Of a stretch of DNA of 63,545 nt, positions 27,343 through 36,215 are shown piece after piece (the first letter of the stretch is position 1; every line of letters begins with the position of its first letter). A program made the translations under genes and the position numbers. The notes under the pieces are model-generated. The model saw only the letters and a program-made list of their open reading frames with translations. It was not told the origin of the DNA and made no database searches. Source of the stretch: Candidatus Kerfeldbacteria bacterium. GTDB lineage: Bacteria; Patescibacteriota; Patescibacteriia; UBA9570. The stretch covers positions 1 through 63,545 of the forward strand of contig JACPGK010000019.1 in assembly GCA_016182495.1 (NCBI GenBank), written 5' to 3'.

Positions 27343-29646
27343 ATGCGATTATTTTTTATCATCAGTATCGCTCTAGCAAGTTTATTAAATATTTGGCCAG
27401 CGACCAAGGTCCAAGCTGCCAGCAATGTTGATACTCAAGATACAGCCGTGGCTACAAACTTAGGCTTATTTGGCGGTTTACCACTAGATATCGCCGTGGA
27501 CCCCAATGCCGATGGACAGTATGTGTATGTCACTACCTATACGCCCAATGGTTTGTTTAGTTCCGATGATACCGGAGTTAGCTGGACTGGATTATCAGCA
27601 GCCGTAGATTATGGTGCAGGTAAAGCCATCACTATTGATCCAGCGACTGGCGATGTGTATGCCGCCATTGGCGATGATCTTTTGAAGACAACCGATCATG
27701 GTAATACTTGGACCAGCCTAACTGATCATTTGGTAGGCGAGTTTCCGCTGGTGGGATCAGAGTTAGCTTGGTTGGATGGTATCTTAGTAGTGGCCGTTGA
27801 TAATGGGGCTGTACAAGTGAGCGCAGATGATGGTGTTACTTTTACCAGTGTAACGCTCCAGGCCGGCACCCGTCAGAACGTCATTAGTATAGCGGGTGAT
27901 AACACCGGCCAGGTGTACGCTGTATTAATTGATTATAATACCGATACTACTCAAGTATTTAAATCGATAGACCATGGCGTCACTTGGAGCGTACTTGATG
28001 TTGCAGCTGGTGGGGTAGCAGCTGGCAGTGTGTTTTATAGTGTGGCGGTAGATCCATTAGATGCTGACCACGTGATACTAGGTTCATATCATCCCGACTA
28101 TAACAGTTACCATAGTTTTGATGGTGGTAACAGTTGGTCGGCCCTACTGAATGGTAGTAATCGTATTGGTGGTGAGCAGACCGTGTTTGATGGGATTGGT
28201 GGGTTATATATCGGCATCTATTTTACTAACGATGCCAGTGTGGCAGCGCCAGTGTGGTCAGCTATTAACACTGATACGCCACTGTCTAGTGTACGTGGTG
28301 ATATTTATGCTGTGGATGCTGTTCATCCAACCACCATCTATTCGAATACCAGCATGGGTGTGGCTAAAAGTGAAGATCAAGGAGCCACTTGGGTAGATTC
28401 GGTTGATGGGATTACCGCTGTAAAAACGTACGCCATTACTCAAGCGGAAAATAAAGATAATGTCTGGCTCGGAGCCAACGGTGGCTTAGCTAAAACTGCT
28501 AATTTCACAGCCGAGCAGCCTGATTGGGAATACCCGATTTTACCGGAAGCTAATGGCGGTTCTATTTATGCTGTCTGGGTCAAGCCAGGCAATGGAGAGT
28601 ATGTTGTTACTGGTTCAAGTAATTTTTTCTATTATACAGAAGATGGTGGCACGAGTTGGACGCAAGCCGAAGCACCAGATTTTTTTGGCACAGTGGAAGC
28701 GATTGTACCCTCTGCCGTGAACAATCAAGTGCTGTATGCTTTGTACACGAATACGAGTTTAACAGAAGATGCGTACAACGGTGGGGTGATGACTAGCGCT
28801 GATGCTGGAAAAAATTGGGAGGAATTAAATTTTCCTATCACTTTATCCACTGGGGCGTTGGCCGTGGCCGAGCGTAATAATAAGGATGTGTTGTATGTTG
28901 GTATCGGAGCTGGCGGCAGTGAAACTGGTGTATACACTTTGCGTGAAGGAATCTGGACAAAGCTCGATGAAGATTTTAACGGTTTGTATGTTAATTCAAT
29001 TTTTGTTCACCCGGAAGATAACGCTACTCTCTTTGTTAGTGTAGAGGCCGATTCAACGGTGGGGAGTTTGTATAAATCTAACGATCGTGGTAACAGCTGG
29101 ACGTTAATTGAAGCAGGCCTAGAGGGTGCTAATCACTTAGATGCTATGACAACTCAACCCGGTGCAAATGCCCCAATGTATTTGACTGGTCAAGCGTTTG
29201 GTGGTGAAGGGGTGGTGTATAAATCAACTGATCAAGGTGATAGTTGGAGCGAATACTATATTGGCTTGAAGCAAGAGTTTTTTTATGCTTTACTGTTTGA
29301 TGGTTTAATTACCGGCAATGATCGCGGCCTATTTAGTTTGCAATCATTGGGTAAAATCAAGCTGACCAATACCAACCTAAATAATCATCGTCATCGACTA
29401 ACTATCACCTTACGTGATGCTGCTACCTTGACAGTGCTGGGTAAGCGTCAACTGACTGTGTATCGTAAAAAATCAGGTAAAGCTTGGCAAGCGATTGATA
29501 CCATCAAAACCAAGGCTAATGGTAAAGTGCATATTACTGTTCGAGCTGGCAGTGGTGCCAAGTTGAAAATAGTTTGGAAACCAAATAAGCAGGATCGTGC
29601 GGAATATAATAAAACCACCTCGCGGGTTTTGACTATGACGCAGTGA
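27343..29646 (+). CDS. secreted BNR/Asp-box repeat protein (sialidase/sortilin-like beta-propeller) with basic C-terminal beta-module
   Basis: 767 aa with a signal peptide and about 10 S-x-D-x-G-x-T/S-W boxes (SDDTGVSWT, TTDHGNTWT, SIDHGVTWS, SFDGGNSWS, SEDQGATWV, TEDGGTSWT, SADAGKNWE, SNDRGNSWT, STDQGDSWS). Confidence 0.85.
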   Translation: MRLFFIISIALASLLNIWPATKVQAASNVDTQDTAVATNLGLFGGLPLDIAVDPNADGQYVYVTTYTPNGLFSSDDTGVSWTGLSAAVDYGAGKAITIDPATGDVYAAIGDDLLKTTDHGNTWTSLTDHLVGEFPLVGSELAWLDGILVVAVDNGAVQVSADDGVTFTSVTLQAGTRQNVISIAGDNTGQVYAVLIDYNTDTTQVFKSIDHGVTWSVLDVAAGGVAAGSVFYSVAVDPLDADHVILGSYHPDYNSYHSFDGGNSWSALLNGSNRIGGEQTVFDGIGGLYIGIYFTNDASVAAPVWSAINTDTPLSSVRGDIYAVDAVHPTTIYSNTSMGVAKSEDQGATWVDSVDGITAVKTYAITQAENKDNVWLGANGGLAKTANFTAEQPDWEYPILPEANGGSIYAVWVKPGNGEYVVTGSSNFFYYTEDGGTSWTQAEAPDFFGTVEAIVPSAVNNQVLYALYTNTSLTEDAYNGGVMTSADAGKNWEELNFPITLSTGALAVAERNNKDVLYVGIGAGGSETGVYTLREGIWTKLDEDFNGLYVNSIFVHPEDNATLFVSVEADSTVGSLYKSNDRGNSWTLIEAGLEGANHLDAMTTQPGANAPMYLTGQAFGGEGVVYKSTDQGDSWSEYYIGLKQEFFYALLFDGLITGNDRGLFSLQSLGKIKLTNTNLNNHRHRLTITLRDAATLTVLGKRQLTVYRKKSGKAWQAIDTIKTKANGKVHITVRAGSGAKLKIVWKPNKQDRAEYNKTTSRVLTMTQ

Positions 29647-29842
29647 TAATTTCCAACACTAATCCGCTAACAATTGCTAGTAAGCCAAGCATACCTAATA
29701 CTTGCTCTTGTTTCATTTCTCGAAACACAGCTTTATCAATTTTATGTTCTTGCCACACTCGGTGATGTACTCGTAAGGCAGTATATCCCACCATTACTTC
29801 ACCAACGGTTTGAATAATACGGCCTAGTAAAAATAACGACAT
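29633..29842 (-). CDS. small 2-TM membrane protein (hypothetical)
   Basis: 69 aa with hydrophobic ends and a basic middle; convergent with the BNR gene and overlapping it by 14 nt. Confidence 0.4.
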   Translation of the reverse strand: MSLFLLGRIIQTVGEVMVGYTALRVHHRVWQEHKIDKAVFREMKQEQVLGMLGLLAIVSGLVLEIITAS

Positions 29843-29958
29843 AAATTTATAGTGGTGTCCCTATTGTATCAAATTAGAACCTATTTTCAAAACAAAGTGA
29901 ATAGTTACTTTGGGCGTCATTATGTTCGCAGTAGCACTCGCGCGCCCAACAACGCCAG

Positions 29959-30135
29959 TCATCCGTCGTAGTCGATGCCCTTGTGGGGACTGTCCGAATA
30001 CGTGTAGATCCATCCCTGCTGCAACTTGACTTCTAGATCATCAAATGGATAGAACAGAAAACCATCCGATGCGAGCGCCGTGTGGGCATCGTAGAAAAGG
30101 ATCGCAAGACCGGCGAACGCCAGAGTCAGCCGCAT
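29959..30135 (-). pseudogene. possible N-terminal fragment of an M23-type peptidase (58 aa)
   Basis: Not in the track. Has a strong SD (aggaggataggtg ATG). MRLTLAFAGLAILFYDAHTALASDGFLFYPFDDLEVKLQQGWIYTYSDSPHKGIDYDG*: signal-like N-terminus ending just after an H-x-G-I-D motif (M23 HxxxD). ~60% GC. Confidence 0.35.
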
Positions 30136-30195
30136 CACCTATCCTCCTAGACGAAGGCCGCAGCGTTTCCTTAGATGAAGGTGGTTGTTAATCGT

Positions 30196-30870
30196 CTAGC
30201 TAAATTCGAGCGTCGATAGCATTGAGTAGTAGATGCCTGCACTTGAAGGAAAGTCGTTGTGCCGCGCAAGTTCAAAGATTATTTTATCTACTGGTATTGC
30301 AGTAACTGTGTTCTCCACTGCGCCAGGCACACTGTTGAATAAAACAGATTGGATAGAATCGACGACCACGTCATCTGGAGTGCCGACAAGAAAGTAGTTG
30401 GGAACATCTGCAAGCGCATCGTCAGAAAGCCCTTCGTAGTACTCATGCAACGTTAGTTCTGCGGAATTATCCCTCGCCGAGAGATATATCTCACTAAAAT
30501 CTGGATCGGCTACTCGTAGCTCTTGCTCTCGAAAGCCGACGATGACGTCGTTACTCTTGCTGTGTACAGGCATCCAATTTGCGGGATATTTAATAGTGAA
30601 ATCATATTCATCACTCTCGTACGTCAACCAATCTGACGTGTCGATTTGTTCGACTGTGTTTGCATCACTGGTGTTCGAGATCTCAACCACATCGTCCGAC
30701 CTGTTCTCCGGGTTCGTTTTGTCATCTATTACGCCGCCATCGACATCGGGCGCCTGCTCCCGAAGCTCGTTCACCGTTGTCCCACCCGGTACGTTGCCAG
30801 TCAAGGGCCATGCGCATCCAGAGAACAAGATGGTGATGACCACGAGGCCACCAAGGAATTTCCTCTCCAT
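30196..30870 (-). CDS. lipoprotein (hypothetical), compositionally foreign
   Basis: 224 aa with the lipobox ILFSGC and an acidic low-complexity linker. G+C is clearly higher than in flanking host genes. Confidence 0.7.
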   Translation of the reverse strand: MERKFLGGLVVITILFSGCAWPLTGNVPGGTTVNELREQAPDVDGGVIDDKTNPENRSDDVVEISNTSDANTVEQIDTSDWLTYESDEYDFTIKYPANWMPVHSKSNDVIVGFREQELRVADPDFSEIYLSARDNSAELTLHEYYEGLSDDALADVPNYFLVGTPDDVVVDSIQSVLFNSVPGAVENTVTAIPVDKIIFELARHNDFPSSAGIYYSMLSTLEFS

Positions 30871-31078
30871 ATAGTAAGTAGGTTATCAATCAGTTAGTAA
30901 TGTCACCATCATATTACACAATTACTGCGAACACAACACCACCCAAGCGCACGATATGGCGCAGTGATACTGACCCATGACCAGTGCAACGATAGTAAAC
31001 TAGGTCAAATTTTTTCTAACTTACTTCGAGGATGCCGGATTGCTTGAATGCGGTATCCAAACCTACCTAGCTGTCTAG

Positions 31079-31300
31079 ACAGTAGGGGTCACTTTAGTCT
31101 TGTTGTCTGAAAAGAAGTCGCTGGACGAGAAAATGGCGCGGATTGAACAAAAGCAGAATGATTGGCTCGAACCGATGAAAGAATGGATAAAAGTCGCTTC
31201 AAACCTCGTCAAAATCGCAAGGGATAGCAACCTTTTGGAGAAAAAGGTTGCCGCCAAAGAAATCTTTGGCTCGAACCTGCGCTTGGCGAGCCGCGCCGTG
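31079..31300 (+). pseudogene. 3'-terminal remnant of a large serine recombinase gene
   Basis: ..LSEKKSLDEKMARIEQKQNDWLEPMKEWIKVASNLVKIARDSNLLEKKVAAKEIFGSNLRLASR.. is collinear with the C-terminus of the intact recombinase at 55664-57220 (..WLELSLQLISDANLAKK....NFIKKIGSNLLLRER..). The frame opens right after a stop at ~31076 and has no catalytic domain. Confidence 0.55.
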
Positions 31301-31382
31301 CGCGGCGAGCCAGTGTTTCCCTATTCAGCCGCGCGAAGCGCGGCCAATCTCGTCGGGCAAATTCCCGAAAGTCAAATTCTGA

Positions 31383-31466
31383 TGGGCAGAGAGGGATTCG
31401 AACCCCCGAAGACCAAAGGTCGCTTGGTTTACAGCCAAGTGCGATTGACCGCTCCGCCATCTGCCC
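31383..31466 (-). tRNA. tRNA-Tyr (anticodon GTA), type II long variable arm, no encoded CCA
   Basis: Minus strand gggcagatggcggagcggtcaatcgcacttggctGTAaaccaagcgacctttggtcttcgggggttcgaatccctctctgccca: acceptor gggcaga/tctgccc, anticodon stem cttgg/ccaag, loop ctGTAaa. Confidence 0.9.
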
Positions 31467-31596
31467 ATAATAGCAACTACGCCCCTTACATATACAGGAA
31501 CTAAAAAGAAATGTAAAGTAAACAACAGCATGCCTTCAACCGAACGTCTGGCCATAATGATTATTGCTAGTAAAGTGTTTTATCGTCACAACTCAA

Positions 31597-31857
31597 TTAT
31601 CGTTTCTGTACATTCTCCGTCAGTATTACCTTAATTAGTGATTGGTAAGGTACATCTTTTTTGTTGGCTAAAATTTTAATTTCGTCTAGTAAACTAATCG
31701 GCAAGCGTAAGGAAATAGTAGTGGCCGATGGTTTAAGATGAGGCAAACGAACAGATTGAGCTTGTAACCAATCTATATAAACACTAGAATCATGAGTTTG
31801 CCAAAATTTTGCTTCAGCTTGTTCATTTTTAAATTTTGGTAGTTTACGTTTTTTCAT
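31597..31857 (-). CDS. brnA: BrnA-type antitoxin (CopG/RHH-like)
   Basis: 86 aa: ..EQAEAKFWQTHDSSVYIDW.....TISLRLPISLLDEIKILANKKDVPYQSLIKVIL. Overlaps the upstream BrnT gene by 14 nt. Confidence 0.8.
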   Translation of the reverse strand: MKKRKLPKFKNEQAEAKFWQTHDSSVYIDWLQAQSVRLPHLKPSATTISLRLPISLLDEIKILANKKDVPYQSLIKVILTENVQKR

Positions 31858-32152
31858 AGTAGGTTTGATAATAGTATCTCTCTTGTTTATTCATTGGCCT
31901 GGCTGAAATTATGCGTATACGCTGATTGTCTCGAATAGTGAATACTATAAATAATGGACGTTCTTGATCAGTTTGGCCTAAAGCATAGAAACGCTCCTCA
32001 ACAACTGAATGTTCAGTATCTGGATAAATTACCAATGGTTCATTAAAGAACACTTGTTCACACTCTGCTATTGATACTGCATGTTTTGACCAGTTTTTTG
32101 TTTGATTGCCTTCATCCCAGTCAAAACTTTCCCAGCCGTAGATTATGCGCAT
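31844..32152 (-). CDS. brnT: BrnT-type ribonuclease toxin (DUF497)
   Basis: 102 aa: FDWDEGNQTKNWSKHAVSIAECEQVFFNEP...EERFYALGQT...RIRIISARPMNKQERYYY, the canonical DUF497 pattern. Confidence 0.85.
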   Translation of the reverse strand: MRIIYGWESFDWDEGNQTKNWSKHAVSIAECEQVFFNEPLVIYPDTEHSVVEERFYALGQTDQERPLFIVFTIRDNQRIRIISARPMNKQERYYYQTYYEKT

Positions 32153-32230
32153 ACAGATTTTATGTATATTGTTATAATATACAAAAAGTTAAAAATCGTC
32201 AAGAGATAGTATTTTGTTTGTATTTTGTTA

Positions 32231-33892
32231 TCAAGCCGTAATCATTACACACGGTTTTATTTTTTTATCTAAACCGGTCAGTTGTGATACCTGTTCAGTA
32301 GTAATGGCAGCTAATTCCGGTAAACGATTAGCCTCGGGGTACACAAACCGATAAAATTCTGGCAATGATGGATTCAAGGCCTCGGCCAAGGTAATATTTT
32401 TAGCCTCGGTCATAATTTGTTCCCAAGTGTTCGGCTGACCATATAAAATTAAATCCAACCCAGCCGCTGGTACAATATCGCCATTGGGGGCACCAGCAAA
32501 AGCCAATAAAAATCCATCATTCATTTCTTTGGTTTGAGCGCGAGCACATACCTCAATACTTTTGTAGTTACCGCGATCAGTCATCATTTTGATATAGGCA
32601 TTTTTCATCTGGGTAAGATAATTCACTTGATTGAAACCACCTAAACATTTTAAACCATAGTAAAAACACAACACGGTAAATACCGTCAGTAAACTAGGAA
32701 TGATAGTTTTATTAGCTAAGACAGTGGCTAACCCGGCTGGCGTTAAAGCGAAACTCACGCTGCCATCGGCTGATACCAACCGATCACCGTGCTTCCATAA
32801 ACGCACCCGATAATTTTTATCGGAAGAAATGCCCCAAAATAAATAAGTGCCAACACCATCAACCTTACTAAAAGCTCCCATAATGCCATCAAAATAACTG
32901 TCCAACAGCAGATCATAATCATGATCAAATAACCAATGATGAATGGTAGTATCTTCAAACAAGTGGTACTGGACTAATAATTTTGCCACTATTTCTTCTT
33001 GAGCTAAATAAATCAGGTGAGTTGGCTTGGTACCACTACTACTAAAGAATTGATTCCATAACTGAAAATTGGTTTGAACAATTTGATCAGCATAGGTGGA
33101 GCAGTCAAATAGTTCAGGCTGGTTATAAATGTCATCAAGTAGCTGGATAATTTTTTCAGCGGCTGACTTGGTTACCAACTGCTGACGTTGTTTTTCGGCC
33201 AACAATTTTTTCATTTTTTCAATTTCAACTGGTTGATATGATCGAAAATTATACACCGCACTAGCATGGGCATTGCTCGGTAGAAATGATAACCGTTGTA
33301 ATTGAATTTTATCTTGACTGAAAGTGTTAAATATCAAGCCGCGGGGAAAAGTAATATTATTCAGTGATACATTGGCGCAGGCTAGTACAATCACATACTG
33401 TAACAGCGGATCATGTTGTTCAAGATACGGCGTACTGACCATCAAATTGGCATTAACAAACGATTGATTACAAATTGGCCCGTGATGATCGGTGGTGGAT
33501 ACAAAATAATATTTGCGCAGTTGTTCAGCCACGCCTTGGGCTACAGCACTGCCGAGGCGTTGTTCAACTTCAATTCGGATAGTTTCAATGCACTCATCTT
33601 GCCGACGCTGAATGGGCGGATTCAAATAAACGCTAATATACTCTTGAGCATATTCGTACAGTTTTTTATGACCACGTTTTTTGATAATTTCCCGTAAGAT
33701 CGGGCGTTTACTCAACACCGCTTCTTGCAATTGAGCAAAGCGACTAGGTAGGCTACTGGCAGGGTCATCACCACTGTCGACCGCAGGCGTTGAGCTAGGA
33801 AGCATAGTATGATAACATTGTTTTGCAGCCAATCTATCATAACTTTTTTCTTTATGCAATACGGTCAAATTATTCAACAAGCTTGGGAACAT
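32231..33892 (-). CDS. hypothetical protein (~525-553 aa), no recognisable domain
   Basis: Long uninterrupted ORF. The alternative start MLPSSTPAVD at 33805 avoids overlap with the divergent gene. Confidence 0.7.
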   Translation of the reverse strand: MFPSLLNNLTVLHKEKSYDRLAAKQCYHTMLPSSTPAVDSGDDPASSLPSRFAQLQEAVLSKRPILREIIKKRGHKKLYEYAQEYISVYLNPPIQRRQDECIETIRIEVEQRLGSAVAQGVAEQLRKYYFVSTTDHHGPICNQSFVNANLMVSTPYLEQHDPLLQYVIVLACANVSLNNITFPRGLIFNTFSQDKIQLQRLSFLPSNAHASAVYNFRSYQPVEIEKMKKLLAEKQRQQLVTKSAAEKIIQLLDDIYNQPELFDCSTYADQIVQTNFQLWNQFFSSSGTKPTHLIYLAQEEIVAKLLVQYHLFEDTTIHHWLFDHDYDLLLDSYFDGIMGAFSKVDGVGTYLFWGISSDKNYRVRLWKHGDRLVSADGSVSFALTPAGLATVLANKTIIPSLLTVFTVLCFYYGLKCLGGFNQVNYLTQMKNAYIKMMTDRGNYKSIEVCARAQTKEMNDGFLLAFAGAPNGDIVPAAGLDLILYGQPNTWEQIMTEAKNITLAEALNPSLPEFYRFVYPEANRLPELAAITTEQVSQLTGLDKKIKPCVMITA

Positions 33893-34744
33893 ACTAAACG
33901 CTATAAAGCCATGTGGCTGATTGGTATGTTGGTACTATCCAGCAGTGGTGGCGGTAGTGGCTGTAACATTCCTACTGGCCCAATGGATTCAGGCAATGAT
34001 TATAGCAGTAATTGGAGTAGTAGCGTTGGCCAGTGGTTTGAACAGTATTGGTGGATAGTAGTAATTGCTGGGCTGGTAATTTTGGCCCTAGCTGTAGTGG
34101 CAATCGTGTTACATTATATTGCCGTTGGTGGGTTATTTATTGGTGCCCAGCAGGCTCGCCAAGGCCACCGACCAAAATTTGGTGACATGTTTTTAGCCGG
34201 CCTACAGCAGGCGCATCGCACCTTTGCCGTGGAGTTTTTACTCGGGTTAATCACACTGGGGTTAATGATTGGTGGATTGCTATCAATTGTGTTGCTGGCC
34301 TGCAGTATTATTGGTTTAGTGTTAGTGCCGTTTGCTTTACTAGCTTGGCTGGCTGGTTGTGTAGCTGTCGTATTAATCATCAGTGTAGTGCGTTTGTATA
34401 GCCTGCAATATTTAGTGTTACAACGCCAAGGCGTGTGGGCCAGTATTCAGCATGGCTGGCAATTACTGCGGCAGCAACTAGCTCATAGCGCGGTAATATA
34501 CGGGCTAGATTTACTGGTAACGGTAGCGGTTGGCATTGGTTTATTGATTTTGATGTTATTAGTCATTTTACCATTTGGCATTGTTGGGTTTATAGCTTAC
34601 GCAGCAGCTAGTTGGATCGGCCTAACCGTTAGTATTAGCCTGGGAGTGCTGCTGCTGATTGGGTTGATATTGATTGTTAAAGGTATTCGTAATGCCTTCA
34701 GTTATAATCTATGGCATTTAACCTTTACGGAATTGAACAAATAA
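33857..34744 (+). CDS. polytopic membrane protein (hypothetical)
   Basis: From MQYGQIIQQAWEHTKRYKAMWLIGML..; Gly/Ser-rich loop, then ~6 TM helices. The track start 33809 is less likely. Confidence 0.65.
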   Translation, partial: QYGQIIQQAWEHTKRYKAMWLIGMLVLSSSGGGSGCNIPTGPMDSGNDYSSNWSSSVGQWFEQYWWIVVIAGLVILALAVVAIVLHYIAVGGLFIGAQQARQGHRPKFGDMFLAGLQQAHRTFAVEFLLGLITLGLMIGGLLSIVLLACSIIGLVLVPFALLAWLAGCVAVVLIISVVRLYSLQYLVLQRQGVWASIQHGWQLLRQQLAHSAVIYGLDLLVTVAVGIGLLILMLLVILPFGIVGFIAYAAASWIGLTVSISLGVLLLIGLILIVKGIRNAFSYNLWHLTFTELNK

Positions 34745-34753
34745 ACTGATGTG

Positions 34754-34825
34754 AGCCACCTCACGGATTTGAACCGTGGACCCACAGTTTACAAAACTGT
34801 TGCTCTACCGCTGAGCTAAGGTGGC
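34754..34825 (-). tRNA. tRNA-Thr (anticodon TGT), no encoded CCA
   Basis: Minus strand gccaccttagctcagcggtagagcaacagtttTGTaaactgtgggtccacggttcaaatccgtgaggtggct: acceptor gccacct/aggtggc, anticodon stem acagt/actgt, loop ttTGTaa. Confidence 0.9.
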
Positions 34826-34880
34826 AAGGTGTTGACACTAACTTGCCTAATTTTAATGAATACGTTACTATCTGTCTACT

Positions 34881-35042
34881 ATGTCTCAAGAACGTCTTAC
34901 TAAACTCGAGTGCACCGAATGTAAAACCATCAATTATTATACGCAGAAGAATAAAAAAAAGCTGCATCAAGCTGGTAAACTCGAACTATCAAAGTACTGC
35001 CCACAGTGCGGTAAACATACTCCCCACAAAGAAGTGAAATAA
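34881..35042 (+). CDS. rpmG: 50S ribosomal protein L33
   Basis: Not in the track (53 aa): [53 protein letters not shown], the typical L33 CxxC...CxxC zinc ribbon. Confidence 0.9.
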   Translation: MSQERLTKLECTECKTINYYTQKNKKKLHQAGKLELSKYCPQCGKHTPHKEVK

Positions 35043-35053
35043 TCGTCTCGAGA

Positions 35054-35644
35054 TTATTCATTACGCGCCCGGAATTTTTCTAAAAGTGGCTTAATTTTTT
35101 TTCTGAATAAATCACCAATGGCCGCACCTGTCACATGATAGGCTTGGCCAATTTCATCCATGGTTTGATCTAAATAATAATAACGATATAATTTATCCCA
35201 TTCTTGATCGTTCAAACGTGCTCGTAAAAAATCACGTGCCTTGGTGATTTCATCACGATTAAGCACTTCATCTTCTGGTGATGATTGATGAGCTAATACA
35301 TCTTCTTCAATTCCGCCAGTCATGATGTCATCATCATAGCTTAGTTCAGGCATCTGCTTCATACGTCCGTAATGTGCTATCACAACATCTTTCAACCGAT
35401 TAATCACTAAACCATAGGCATAGGTTGTTAAAGTAGCACCGCGATCAGGCCGATAATTTTTAATAGCTTGAGTGACGCCTAAATTCGCCGCACTCACTAA
35501 TTCGTGTAAATCAATATCTAAATATTGACGGCGAAATTTTTTAGTTAAACTTTTAGCCAGACGCATAAGCTCGGGTAATGCTTCAGCATGTTGCGTCACT
35601 GTAGGCCGTCTAAAATCTCCAACTGGTTGTCTTATTTCACTCAT
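35054..35644 (-). CDS. sigma-70 family RNA polymerase sigma factor (regions 2 and 4)
   Basis: 196 aa. Region 2: DLHELVSAANLGVTQAIKNYRPDRGATLTTYAYGLVINRLKD. Region 4 HTH: LDQTMDEIGQAYHVTGAAIGDLFRK. Confidence 0.85.
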   Translation of the reverse strand: MSEIRQPVGDFRRPTVTQHAEALPELMRLAKSLTKKFRRQYLDIDLHELVSAANLGVTQAIKNYRPDRGATLTTYAYGLVINRLKDVVIAHYGRMKQMPELSYDDDIMTGGIEEDVLAHQSSPEDEVLNRDEITKARDFLRARLNDQEWDKLYRYYYLDQTMDEIGQAYHVTGAAIGDLFRKKIKPLLEKFRARNE

Positions 35645-35693
35645 AAATAATAGTGTAACATAAATGATCTAGCTATGTTATACTATAATTAGT

Positions 35694-36215
35694 ATGAATA
35701 GGGAACAGGCAACATTTGCCGGCGGTTGTTTTTGGTGCCTCCAAGGTCCATTTGATGCTGAACCAGGTGTCACAAATGTTGAGGTAGGGTATGTGGGAGG
35801 CAGCCAGGCGGATGCTGTCTATGCTACCGTAGCCAGTGGCACAACTAATCACCGGGAAGGTATCCACATGACGTATGACCCGAACACGGTAACGTATCAA
35901 CGTTTATTGGATATTTTTTGGAAACAAATCGACCCAACCGATGTCGGTGGACAATTTGCTGATCGTGGTCACCAGTATACTACGGCCATTTATTATCATA
36001 CCGAGGAGCAATACCAATGGGCTGAAGTCTCTAAACAGCAATTAGAACAATCCGGTAAATTCAAAGTGCCGATTGCTACCGTAATCGTACCATTTATCTC
36101 TTTTTTTCCAGCTGAAGCCGATCACCAAGCCTACTACAAAAAACGCCCACTACAATATCAAATGTATAAACGTGGTTCCGGCCGAGCAGATTTTATTAAA
36201 AAGAATTGGACATGA
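35694..36215 (+). CDS. msrA: peptide-methionine (S)-S-oxide reductase
   Basis: ATFAGGCFWCLQGPFD...GYVGG......Y..V.SG.T.H.E......DP..V.Y..LL..FW..DPT: the canonical MsrA GCFWC active site. Confidence 0.95.
   Translation: MNREQATFAGGCFWCLQGPFDAEPGVTNVEVGYVGGSQADAVYATVASGTTNHREGIHMTYDPNTVTYQRLLDIFWKQIDPTDVGGQFADRGHQYTTAIYYHTEEQYQWAEVSKQQLEQSGKFKVPIATVIVPFISFFPAEADHQAYYKKRPLQYQMYKRGSGRADFIKKNWT

Noticed and set aside
31071-31082. 12-bp perfect palindrome ctgtctagacag at the 5' breakpoint of the recombinase remnant, considered as a recombination site.
   Set aside because: There is a single occurrence, and a 12-bp palindrome can arise by chance in 63 kb. It is mentioned within the tRNA-Tyr island finding but is not called a site.
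31100-31555. ORFs 31100-31504(+), 31209-31460(-) and 31325-31555(-) from the six-frame track.
   Set aside because: All run through the tRNA-Tyr gene (31383-31466). The + frame is genuine only as a recombinase 3' remnant up to ~31300; the rest is read-through of non-coding or tRNA sequence.
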